This document shows positions 7,363 through 16,165 of a stretch of DNA of 64,000 nucleotides, piece by piece; position 1 is the stretch's first letter, and every line of letters begins with the position of its first letter. The notes below the pieces were generated by a model. The model was not told the origin of the DNA. It searched no databases and saw nothing but the letters and a program-made list of their open reading frames with translations. The translations under genes and the position numbers were made by a program. Origin of the DNA: an uncultured Bacteroidales bacterium (GTDB lineage Bacteria > Bacteroidota > Bacteroidia > Bacteroidales > WCHB1-69); assembly GCA_900316305.1 (NCBI GenBank), contig ONCM01000005.1:65295-129294 (forward strand), written 5' to 3'.

Positions 7363-9612
7363 TCACCGCACCACCGTCACGCTTGTGTTCAACTGCTGTC
7401 GCTTCTTGCTGCTGGTGGCGCAGCGGAATTCAATGGCGCAGAAATAGACTCCGTCGGAAACATTGGCGGCATCCCAACTCAAGGATTCTTTGCTCTCCTG
7501 TCGGTAAACGCGCTTCCCCCAGCGGTCGAAGATTTCCATCTCCATGCTGAGGAAGTCGCCCTCCAGCTGCGGCTCAAACACGTCGTTGAACCCGTCGCCG
7601 TTGGGAGTGACTACGTTTGGTAGGTTCATCGTGCACGGCCTTCCATCGAAATGGGCATAGTTGTCCGTAGTGTCACATTCGGGTTGCAGACCGCCATACT
7701 GGGCAGCACCTTCCCCATTGTCGTTGACAACGATTTGCAATGGATAAGGGTTGTCAAACTGCTTCAGCTTAGTTTGGCTGATGAAGAGGATGATCGTAGC
7801 GCATTCGCCCGGCAGCAACCCTTGGGCGATTTCTTCCGCTTGTACCAGTTCGCCGGAAATCGTATATACGGAGACGTACATTGGCGGCGAGAATGCCATT
7901 TCCCCAGTGTTGCAAACCTCCATCTCCAAAGAAATCACATCACTTTCAAACTCCACAGACGGATCCCCTGTAATGGAGAGATTCGCGAGCAATGCAAACG
8001 GTCTTCCGTACTGGTCCAACTTGGTAGCCTGCTGCAGGAAGTTGTTGAAAGGCCGCCGCACCACGCCCTGTGGATCGGTAAAAGCAGTAGCGTTATCAAA
8101 CAACGGTTTCGACACCGTCAAGTCCTTATTGATATTCGTTACATTATACATATACTGGTTCCAGACGGATCGTGCGGGCGCCCAAGGGTGGATACCGCCG
8201 ATGACCCACAACTCTCCACCAACCCAGCCCAAACCACTATTCACCTTTCCGCAGGTCACGATTTCCGCCGCTCCATCGCCATTCACATCCGCCACCACGG
8301 GATACTCTTTCCATGTGCCGGCAGACATACTTTTGGCATATAGGTTGTAGAAGGATATCGTGTCGTCCCCGGTCAAATGGCTTTTGCCACTGCCGTTTAT
8401 GATGCGCAATTTGTCTTGGTCGCGATAGACGATTTCCATGATGCCGTCCTGGTTGAAGTCAAACAGGGTCATGGAGGTTTGTCCCGACTCGTCGGAATGC
8501 GTGGCCTGCCACTTGGTCTGCAAACCGATTTGCGGATTATACTTCATCGCCGTAATTCTGGAACTGCTCACGGGAGTTTTATAATCAAGATAAACAAACT
8601 CTAAGAAACCGTCTCCGTCAATATCGCCCACTAAGGGGTAACCGATGGTTTTGGCATAATGGCCGTGAACGAACAGAATGTTTTCATTTACAGGGTCGTA
8701 GGCATAAATGTACGCAGAATCTGTAATCTCAGATTGTGTGCCATCAATGACAACCATCACATCCAGTTGCCCATCAAGGTTGAAATCAGCAACGGCCACA
8801 TTACCGTCTTGGGGAATGCGGTCTGGGATGGTGATGGTCTTTATTTCCGTCACACTATTGAGGTTGACATCGGTACGACTGACAATGTTCACGTTATAGA
8901 TGGTATTACCACAAATGAGTTCGGGAAGGGAGTCTCCTAACACATTTGCAGCGAACGACATGGCGCAACGTCCTTTTTCATTGATAGAGCATCGCCAACT
9001 TCGCCCCATATTGCCACTTGCAGAGCCTGCACACAACCGCTTGAGCGTTGCCGCATCATAGATTGCGTTGCCTACATAAATCTCGGGCCAGCCGTCGTAG
9101 TTGAAGTCCGTTACCGAAATCATTCCTTCGCACGGCGTGTTCACATCTGAGGTGGCCAGTTGGTTGCCGAAGACGTCGTAGGAACGCAGCTTGTTGTCGT
9201 AACAATGGAGAACTATAGCACCTTGCATCCCACCATTGCCATCAGGATAACGAACCAACGCTATAGGGCCACCAAAACCTGCATAAATTCTTTGCGGAAG
9301 GTTGATGGTGCCAACCTGTTGCAGGTCAGTGCCCCGATAGATACCCACTTGTGTGGTGTAATGGTCGTTGGTAACGGTTTTCCCAGCTACAATCTCGGTG
9401 ATACCGTCCCCATCAATATCTCCTACTAGAGGCACATAGTAGCAGTGGATATTACTAGCCGAATGCAATACTTGAGCATCCCAAGGTTGCTGCAACACGT
9501 CTGTCGAGCAGTTCGCCTCCACCATGTTGTCGGGCAGCACAGTCTGCGCCTCCATTTTGATACAGAGACCTAATATGCAAATGAGAATCCCCAGTTTGAC
9601 AATGATTTTCAT
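7363..9612 (-). CDS. P1: secreted FG-GAP/VCBS-repeat beta-propeller protein with a T9SS type-B C-terminal sorting domain
   Basis: Signal peptide 'MKIIVKLGILICILGLCIKMEAQ'. Repeated Ca-loop-like motifs: VGDIDGDGITEIV, DFNYDGWPEIY, ADFNLDGQLDVMV, VGDIDGDGFLEFV, FDFNQDGIMEIV, ADVNGDGAAEIV. The C-terminus 'TPNGDGFNDVF..IFDRWGKRVY..VTVVR' is of the CHU_C/type-B CTD kind. Confidence 0.8.
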   Translation of the reverse strand: MKIIVKLGILICILGLCIKMEAQTVLPDNMVEANCSTDVLQQPWDAQVLHSASNIHCYYVPLVGDIDGDGITEIVAGKTVTNDHYTTQVGIYRGTDLQQVGTINLPQRIYAGFGGPIALVRYPDGNGGMQGAIVLHCYDNKLRSYDVFGNQLATSDVNTPCEGMISVTDFNYDGWPEIYVGNAIYDAATLKRLCAGSASGNMGRSWRCSINEKGRCAMSFAANVLGDSLPELICGNTIYNVNIVSRTDVNLNSVTEIKTITIPDRIPQDGNVAVADFNLDGQLDVMVVIDGTQSEITDSAYIYAYDPVNENILFVHGHYAKTIGYPLVGDIDGDGFLEFVYLDYKTPVSSSRITAMKYNPQIGLQTKWQATHSDESGQTSMTLFDFNQDGIMEIVYRDQDKLRIINGSGKSHLTGDDTISFYNLYAKSMSAGTWKEYPVVADVNGDGAAEIVTCGKVNSGLGWVGGELWVIGGIHPWAPARSVWNQYMYNVTNINKDLTVSKPLFDNATAFTDPQGVVRRPFNNFLQQATKLDQYGRPFALLANLSITGDPSVEFESDVISLEMEVCNTGEMAFSPPMYVSVYTISGELVQAEEIAQGLLPGECATIILFISQTKLKQFDNPYPLQIVVNDNGEGAAQYGGLQPECDTTDNYAHFDGRPCTMNLPNVVTPNGDGFNDVFEPQLEGDFLSMEMEIFDRWGKRVYRQESKESLSWDAANVSDGVYFCAIEFRCATSSKKRQQLNTSVTVVR
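7385..7427 (-). repeat. 43-nt block shared with 12245..12287
   Basis: 42 of 43 nt are identical. Here the block encodes 'RCATSSKKRQQLNT' inside the P1 CTD. Confidence 0.8.
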
Positions 9613-9624
9613 GTTGTGTGCGAT

Positions 9625-12252
9625 TTAGAGCACGGTAACAATGCCTTTCGTTGTAAAATATTTTCCAAATGAATTCGAATAATGAATCACATACTGATAA
9701 ACATTGTCGTAGAACGTTTTCCCTTTGACTTCCCCATGCCAACAGAAATTCTTGTCGGTGGAATAAAACACCATCTCCCCCCAGCGGTTGAAAATCACTA
9801 TCTCGAAATCATTGATCTGATTCTGAATTCTTTCAGGAAGGAAAAAACCGTCGTTCAACCCATCGGATTTTGACGGAGTGATGGCATTAGGAAGGTACAA
9901 GGTGATTTCTGTTGCAGAAACCATGATTGTGACATGTATGACACTGTCACAACCATATTCGGTTTGGAAAGCAATGGAGGTGTCTATGCGACTTCCGCTT
10001 TCCAACAAACTCTCACTTAGGAATATTCCATGACGGTCGTAGGCTGTTCCTTCTGGAATAGTTTCTGTATAATGCTGATCATATTCCGGATGTACTCGCA
10101 ACTTCAAGACAATCACACTGTCACACGCACCAACTTCATATATCCTTTCATAAAAGAACGTACCAGCCGACTGCGTTTCATCAGCTACAATATTGAAATT
10201 GTCATCAGAATAAGTTTCACGCACACATATATCGGCAATTACAGTATCTCTAGGAATGTTACAGGGGTTCGCAGGAAAACAGAAAAAGTTGTCAGTGGTA
10301 TCGCATTCCTCCTGCTGTCCGCCGTTTTGTGCCACCCCAGTTCCATTATCATTAATCGCTATCACAATTGTCTCCAGTCCTGGGAAAGCAAGTATCTCTT
10401 CGTCTGTGAACTGGGTCGTAATTGTCAGGCAATTATCCACCGTCAGCGAGGCATAAATTTCTTCCGTTCGAATAATTGGCCCATGAAACGAATCCGCGTA
10501 ATACGTGATACTGAAAGGATCGTTTAAAGTCTTTCCACCTGTGTTGCAGAATTTGAAAACGTATGTAAACATCCCATTTTCGTATGTCATACTAGTATCC
10601 AATGTGGCGGTAACATTCATGAGTCGGGAAAAAGGCCGACCGTACTGGTCGAGCGTAGTAGCCTGTTGTAGAAAGTTGTTGAACGGCCGACGCACCACAC
10701 CCTGCGGATCGGTGAAAGCTGTAGAGTTGTCGAACAAAGGTGTCGGTATCGTCAAATCCTTGTTGATATTCGTTACATTATACATGTACTGGTTCCAGAC
10801 AGAACGCGCAGGCGCCCATGGATGTACACCACCAATGACCCACAATTGTCCTCCAACCCAACCCAAACCGCTGCTCACCTTTCCACAGACCACGATTTCC
10901 GCCGCACCATCACCATTCACATCCGCAACTACGGGATATTCCTTCCAAGTGCCGGCGGACATGCTTTTCGTGTATAAGTTGTAAAACGGTATGGTGTCGT
11001 TACCCGTCTTGTGACTTTTACCACTGCCATTGATTATGCGCAGATTGCTCTCATCTCGATAGACAATCTCCATGATGCCGTCCTGGTTGAAGTCGAACAA
11101 AGTCATGGAAGTTTGACCAGATTGATCTGTATGCGAAGCCTGCCATTGGTTTTGGATCCCAGAAGCAGGATTGAATTTCATAGCCGTGATTCTGGCGGAA
11201 CTCACCGGTTGTTGGTAATCAATGTATATGAATTCCAAAAAGCCGTCGCCATCAATGTCTCCGACCATCGGATATCCAATAGTTTTTGCATATTTGCCAT
11301 GAGTGAACAGAATGTCTTCCGTCACAGGGTCGTATGCGTAAATGTAGGCAGAGTCTGTGATTTCGGACTGTGTGCCGTCAATGACGACCATCACGTCTAA
11401 TTGTCCATCGAGATTGAAATCCGCGACGGCCACATTTCCATCTTGAGGTATACGAGAAGGTATGGCAATCGTTTTGAGTTCAGCAATGCTGTTAAGAGAG
11501 ACATCTGTGCGACTGACAATGTTCACGTTATAGATAGTGTTTCCACAGATAAGTTCGGGAATGGAGTCTCCCAGCACGTTTGCGGCAAAAGACATAGCGC
11601 AACGACCGTGTTCATTAATGGAGCATCGCCAGCTTCGCCCCATGTTGCCACCTACAGGACCCGCACACAGACGTTTGAGCGTTGCCGCATCATATATTGC
11701 GTTACCGATATAGATTTCCGGCCAACCATCATAGTTGAAATCCGTCACCGATATCATTCCTTCACATGGAGTATTCACATCGGAGGTCGCCAAAAGATTG
11801 CCATTAATGTCGTATGAACGCAGTTTGCTGTCGTAGCAATGCAATACAATGGTTCCTTGCATTCCACCATTTTCAGTCGGATAGCGTACCAAAGCCATAG
11901 GTCCACCATAACCTGCATATATTTTTTGCGGAATATTGATAGTGCCGATTTGTTGCAGGTTTGTTCCGCGGTAAATTCCTACTTGGGTGGTGTAATGGTC
12001 ATTGGATGTTGACTTTCCTGCCACTATCTCGACAACACCATCCCCATCAATATCACCTACTAAAGGTACATAATAGTTATGAATGTCGTTGGCAGAATAC
12101 AACACATGGGCATCCCACGGCTGCCCTTCCGCCTCCGTCGAACAGTCCGCCTCCACCATGTTGTCGGGCAGACTACTTTGCCCCGAGACCTGCATAAGGA
12201 ACGACATGCATATCAGCAATATGATTATGCATGACTCCTTTCTCGTGTTCAA
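9625..12252 (-). CDS. P2: FG-GAP beta-propeller protein with two GxCDSVI modules and a T9SS type-B CTD
   Basis: 875-aa ORF with a TTG start in the track (start uncertain). The propeller is about 85% identical to P1 by eye. The C-terminus 'LPNAITPSKSDGLNDGFF..IFNRWGEMVF..GIVTVL' is a type-B CTD. Confidence 0.8.
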   Translation of the reverse strand: MNTRKESCIIILLICMSFLMQVSGQSSLPDNMVEADCSTEAEGQPWDAHVLYSANDIHNYYVPLVGDIDGDGVVEIVAGKSTSNDHYTTQVGIYRGTNLQQIGTINIPQKIYAGYGGPMALVRYPTENGGMQGTIVLHCYDSKLRSYDINGNLLATSDVNTPCEGMISVTDFNYDGWPEIYIGNAIYDAATLKRLCAGPVGGNMGRSWRCSINEHGRCAMSFAANVLGDSIPELICGNTIYNVNIVSRTDVSLNSIAELKTIAIPSRIPQDGNVAVADFNLDGQLDVMVVIDGTQSEITDSAYIYAYDPVTEDILFTHGKYAKTIGYPMVGDIDGDGFLEFIYIDYQQPVSSARITAMKFNPASGIQNQWQASHTDQSGQTSMTLFDFNQDGIMEIVYRDESNLRIINGSGKSHKTGNDTIPFYNLYTKSMSAGTWKEYPVVADVNGDGAAEIVVCGKVSSGLGWVGGQLWVIGGVHPWAPARSVWNQYMYNVTNINKDLTIPTPLFDNSTAFTDPQGVVRRPFNNFLQQATTLDQYGRPFSRLMNVTATLDTSMTYENGMFTYVFKFCNTGGKTLNDPFSITYYADSFHGPIIRTEEIYASLTVDNCLTITTQFTDEEILAFPGLETIVIAINDNGTGVAQNGGQQEECDTTDNFFCFPANPCNIPRDTVIADICVRETYSDDNFNIVADETQSAGTFFYERIYEVGACDSVIVLKLRVHPEYDQHYTETIPEGTAYDRHGIFLSESLLESGSRIDTSIAFQTEYGCDSVIHVTIMVSATEITLYLPNAITPSKSDGLNDGFFLPERIQNQINDFEIVIFNRWGEMVFYSTDKNFCWHGEVKGKTFYDNVYQYVIHYSNSFGKYFTTKGIVTVL
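12132..12241 (-). repeat. 110-nt 5' module (leader plus signal peptide) shared with 14822..14931
   Basis: 109 of 110 nt are identical by direct comparison. The block encodes 'KESCIIILLICMSFLMQVSGQSSLPDNMVEADCSTE'. Confidence 0.85.
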
Positions 12253-12287
12253 TTGCTGTCGCTTCTTGCTGCTGGTGGCGCAGCGGA
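12245..12287 (-). repeat. CTD-derived 43-nt block in the P3-P2 spacer
   Basis: Same sequence as 7385..7427. It fills the 38-nt gap between the P3 stop (12291) and the P2 TTG (12252), and is in frame with P2. Confidence 0.8.
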
Positions 12288-12290
12288 GCG

Positions 12291-14963
12291 CTAGAGCACG
12301 GTGATAGTGCCTTTTTTGATGAACGTCTTGCCAAACGGATTCGAGTAATGAATAACGTACTGATACACATTGTTATAGAATATCTTTCCCTTGACTTCCC
12401 CGTGCCAGCAGAAGTTTTTGTCATTGGAATAGAAGACCATCTCACCCCAACGGTTAAAAATCACTATCTCAAAATCATTGATTTGATTCTGAATACTTTC
12501 AGGAAGAAAAAAGCCATCGTTCAGACCGTCTGATTTTGAAGGGGTAATGGCATTGGGGAGGTACAGAGTGATTTCCGTTGCAGAAACCATGATTGAAACA
12601 TGTATGACACTGTCACAACCATATACGCTTTGCAAAGCAATGGAGGTGTCAATGCGACTTCCGCTTTCCAATAAGCTCTCACTCAGGAATATTCCATGAC
12701 AGTCGTATGCTGTTCCTTCTGGAATAGTTTCTGTATAATGCTGGTCATACTCCGGATGTACTCGCAACTTCAAGACAATCACACTGTCACACGCACCCAC
12801 TTGAAAAATCCTGCTAAAATAATAAGTACCAGCGACTTCTGTTTCTGTGGCGGGTATATTAAAGTTCTCATCCAAATATGATTCATGTACGCAAACGTCC
12901 GCTGTGACGGTGTCTTTGGGGATGTTGCAGGGATTGACACTGAAGATGAAAAAGTTGTCGGTAGTGTCGCACTCTTCCTGCTGTCCGCCATTTTGGGCCA
13001 CACCGGTCCCGTGGTCGTTCAGCGCCACCACGATATTTTCGAGCTCGGGAATTCCCATCAGATCCTCTTCAGCAAATTGCACCTGCTGTGTAATGCAATT
13101 GCCAGGCAGCAGCGGGGCGGAAACCAGCTCGGTGTTCACCACGGTTCCTCCGTAGTTGTTGGCATAATAGGTGATATAGAACGGGGCGGTAAGTACTTGG
13201 CTACCAGTATTGCAGAATTGGAAGGTGTAAGTGAAAACTCCGTTTTCGTAGGAAAAGGAGGTGTCTGTAGAGGCGGAAATGTTCGCCAGCGGCATGAACG
13301 GTCGCCCGTACAAATCAAGTGTAGTGGCTTGCTGGAGGCAATTGTTGAACGGACGGCGTACCACGCCCTGCGGATCGGTGAAGGCAGTGGCGTTGTTAAA
13401 CGATGTAGTGGGCACGGTGAGGTCCTTGTTGATGTTCGTCACGTTGTACATGTACTGGTTCCACACGGGCCGCGCGGGTGCCCAAGGCTGTCCCGAGGAC
13501 TTGAAGATGTTCAGCTTCGAGCTGCCCACGGAGACGATTTCCGCCGCCCCGTCGGCATCCACGTCAGCAATGACTGGATACTGCATGATGGTGGTCTCGC
13601 TGTAGGGGAATGTGCTCAGCACATACATCGCCACCGTGTCGTTGTGGGTGATGTGGCTTTTGCCGCTGCCGTTCACGATCTTCAGTGTGGACTGGTCGCA
13701 GATAATCAGTTCCAAAATGCCATCTTGATTAAAGTCGAATGCGGTGAAACTGTTGGAAAACGAATCTTCGTCGGGGTGCATGCCCCAAATCATCGAAAAA
13801 GCCCCAGTAGTTGCATTGTATGTGTATGCCTGTATCCTGTTGTTTGTGTTGGTAGATCCGTTCTGTATCACTATCTCCATCGAACCGTCGTTGTTAATGT
13901 CGGCTATCAAGGGGATGCTTTTGCCGGAATTCGTGGTGCTGATATTGAGAGCAGGACTGACTGTTTCGTTGTGTACATCCCACACGTAACAATACACGTT
14001 CCCATAATGGCTGTCCGTGTTTCTGACGCTGATGAACACGTCCAGATGCCCATCCTGATTGAAATCCGCCACTTGAGTGTGTCCATCTGCAGGCACGGAA
14101 GCGGGTGGGGCGGTCTGCTTCCACAAAGTGGTGGAATTCCCCGATGTGCCATTGGTGTTGGTGATGGAAACTTGATAGATTTCGTTGCCGAGTATCAGTT
14201 CCGGATGCCCGTCTTCCGTCAGGTCGGCGGCAAATGGGGATGACAGTTTCCGATGCGTGAACTGGCTGTAGTGCGCATACGACAAACCTGCGTTCGAGGT
14301 GGCAGCCTCTGCCAACAGCTTGCCTGTCTCTGCGTTGTAGATTTTATTACGCACATATACTTCCGGGTGTCCGTCACCGTTAAAGTCCACGAAACTCACA
14401 TTCACGGCGTAGTTGTTAGAGCCAGAAGCATAGGTCTCGTCCGATACCCAGAAGGGCGTATTGGGTGTCGCCGAAGTGATGTCGTAGGCCCGCAACCGGT
14501 TATCGTAGCTCGCCACCACAATCAGTCCTTTGCCGCTGGAGGTGCGTACCAGCCCGTAAGCGGCAGCGTCATACTCCGACACCGGCGAATCCATTGTCAC
14601 CGTCGTCTTCAGTTGGTGCGTCACCCCGTCGTACACCAACAGTTCAAATCCCACATTCCCGATATACCCATCGTTCACATAATGCGACTGACCGGCGAGA
14701 GAAAAGCAGACAATCTCTGGATGCCCGTCACCGTCAAGGTCGCCCACCAAAGGAATGTTCAAGTTAGATACGATTGCCGATGATGACCAGGCATTCTCCA
14801 CACCCCAAGTCATCGATTCCACCTCCGTCGAGCAGTCCGCCTCCACCATGTTGTCGGGCAGACTACTTTGCCCCGAGACCTGCATAAGGAACGACATGCA
14901 TATCAGCAATATGATTATGCATGACTCCTTTACTTTTCCCCTTTCACCGCACACGCTATCCAC
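12291..14963 (-). CDS. P3: divergent FG-GAP beta-propeller protein with two GxCDSVI modules and a T9SS type-B CTD
   Basis: 890-aa ORF with a GTG start in the track (uncertain). Motifs include VGDLDGDGHPEIV, FVDFNGDGHPEVY, ADFNQDGHLDVF, IADINNDGSMEIV, FDFNQDGILELI, ADVDADGAAEIV. The last ~200 aa are more than 90% identical to P2. Confidence 0.8.
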   Translation of the reverse strand: MDSVCGERGKVKESCIIILLICMSFLMQVSGQSSLPDNMVEADCSTEVESMTWGVENAWSSSAIVSNLNIPLVGDLDGDGHPEIVCFSLAGQSHYVNDGYIGNVGFELLVYDGVTHQLKTTVTMDSPVSEYDAAAYGLVRTSSGKGLIVVASYDNRLRAYDITSATPNTPFWVSDETYASGSNNYAVNVSFVDFNGDGHPEVYVRNKIYNAETGKLLAEAATSNAGLSYAHYSQFTHRKLSSPFAADLTEDGHPELILGNEIYQVSITNTNGTSGNSTTLWKQTAPPASVPADGHTQVADFNQDGHLDVFISVRNTDSHYGNVYCYVWDVHNETVSPALNISTTNSGKSIPLIADINNDGSMEIVIQNGSTNTNNRIQAYTYNATTGAFSMIWGMHPDEDSFSNSFTAFDFNQDGILELIICDQSTLKIVNGSGKSHITHNDTVAMYVLSTFPYSETTIMQYPVIADVDADGAAEIVSVGSSKLNIFKSSGQPWAPARPVWNQYMYNVTNINKDLTVPTTSFNNATAFTDPQGVVRRPFNNCLQQATTLDLYGRPFMPLANISASTDTSFSYENGVFTYTFQFCNTGSQVLTAPFYITYYANNYGGTVVNTELVSAPLLPGNCITQQVQFAEEDLMGIPELENIVVALNDHGTGVAQNGGQQEECDTTDNFFIFSVNPCNIPKDTVTADVCVHESYLDENFNIPATETEVAGTYYFSRIFQVGACDSVIVLKLRVHPEYDQHYTETIPEGTAYDCHGIFLSESLLESGSRIDTSIALQSVYGCDSVIHVSIMVSATEITLYLPNAITPSKSDGLNDGFFLPESIQNQINDFEIVIFNRWGEMVFYSNDKNFCWHGEVKGKIFYNNVYQYVIHYSNPFGKTFIKKGTITVL
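14822..14931 (-). repeat. 110-nt 5' module shared with 12132..12241
   Basis: See 12132..12241. Confidence 0.85.
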
Positions 14964-14993
14964 ACGCTATCCGTACGATAGCCACACGCTATC
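14950..14993. repeat. 11-nt-register direct repeats CACACGCTATC (x3) plus a partly inverted unit
   Basis: Copies are at 14950, 14961 and 14983. The unit at 14972..14982 (cgtacgatagc) forms a GCTATC/GATAGC hairpin with its neighbour. The array overlaps the GTG start given in the track for P3. Confidence 0.7.
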
Positions 14994-15225
14994 CGAACGC
15001 ATTGGAAATGTGGCGCAACTTTTGTCATAAAACGACAAAAAAACAACCCCTGAATTTTTCACAACGAATCAACGAAATTTGATCTGATCCGCCGACTTTC
15101 TTCGAAATCATCAATTATTTTTTTACAATTATTTGTTAATATATTTTCACATAAATTCTCAATATGCTGATTTTCAACGAGAAAATTTTTCTTCAAAAAG
15201 TCTTGACAAGAGCGAAATCTTATTG

Positions 15226-15233
15226 TATCTTTG
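15226..15233 (+). promoter_or_regulatory. -7 promoter box (TATCTTTG)
   Basis: 22 nt upstream of ATG 15255. Confidence 0.45.
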
Positions 15234-15254
15234 CACCGTAAAAAAACTATTATT

Positions 15255-16081
15255 ATGTTCGAACCATGTAAATATTATAGCCCCGTGACAGACGTCACCT
15301 TCCGGAAAGTTTTCGGAGAAAACATCGACCTGGCCACCAGCCTGCTCAACGCCTTCCTCCCGCTGGAAGAGGGAAGGACCATCACCGACCTCCGCTATCT
15401 GCCTCCCGAACTGATGCCGGAGACGCCTGCCCGAAAACACAGCATCGTCGATGTGCACTGCACCGACTCCGCCGGCGCATCCTTCCTCGTCGAGATGCAG
15501 CTCAACTGGGACACCGACTTCTTCCAGCGCGTCTTCTTCAACGCCTCCAAGGCATACGTCCGACAACTCAAGGATGGGGAGCAATAGACCTGCACAAGGG
15601 ACTCGACGAATGGTACCACCCCTACAAATTCGTCCATATCTACCACACCGACCGTGTGTTCGAAGGACTCCAGATCGTCTTCGCCGAAATGGAGAAATAC
15701 GAGAAGCTGGCGGTAAAAGGGAACACCAAGATGGACCTGTGGATGCGCTACTTCACCGAGATGCGAGAGAAAACACGCGTGCCTGCACCTGAATTGCTCG
15801 CCGACCCCGATATAGCCAAGGCCATCAACCTGCTGGAGGTCATCAACTACAACGAGGCGGAACAGTACCTCTACGACAAATACTGGGACGCGGTCAGCAT
15901 CGAAGCCACCTGGAAGGGCATCGGACGGCGCGAAGGGGAGAAAGAAGGGATGGAGAAAGGACGCGAACTAGAAAAACGTTTCCTCGCACGCAATATGCTC
16001 GCTGACGGCCTCGAACCGACAGTGGTAGCAAAGTACACAAAGCTGTCCGAGGAAGAACTCCAGAAAATGATGCGGGAATAA
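15255..16081 (+). pseudogene. Rpn-family recombination-promoting nuclease / PD-(D/E)XK putative transposase, broken
   Basis: The N-terminal part is 'YSPVTDVTFRKVFG..IVDVHC..FLVEMQLNW', ending at TAG 15587. The continuation 'EWYHPYKFVHIYHTDRVFEGLQIVFAEMEKY' is in another frame (ORF 15656..16081). The gene carries an internal deletion plus a frameshift. Confidence 0.65.
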
Positions 16082-16096
16082 TTCCATCATCAACAA

Positions 16097-16141
16097 AAAT
16101 CCACCGCGCCATAACCCTTTCAGGATCGGCACGGTGGATTT
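16097..16141. terminator. Bidirectional hairpin between convergent genes
   Basis: AAATCCACCG...CGGTGGATTT forms a 10-bp stem, flanked by A and T runs. Confidence 0.5.
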
Positions 16142-16165
16142 CTTAATATCTTAATACAAAATCGC

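Noticed and set aside
12885-14243. Very long antisense ORFs. They include 452 aa opposite P3, 25359..26864 (501 aa) opposite ftsA, 16229..17230 opposite pepP, 51279..52244 opposite the ABC gene, 24557..25264 opposite ftsQ, and 47348..48166 opposite mrp.
   Set aside because: Each lies fully inside a well-supported gene on the other strand. Their composition is the V/G/H/R/D-rich pattern typical of shadow frames, they contain no recognisable motifs, and no promoter boxes precede them.
7363-14963. A diversity-generating retroelement or an invertase-driven shufflon might explain the variation in the triad.
   Set aside because: The window contains no reverse transcriptase and no template/variable repeat pair with adenine-specific differences. 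It also has no site-specific recombinase and no inverted repeats flanking segments. The differences are spread over all base types.
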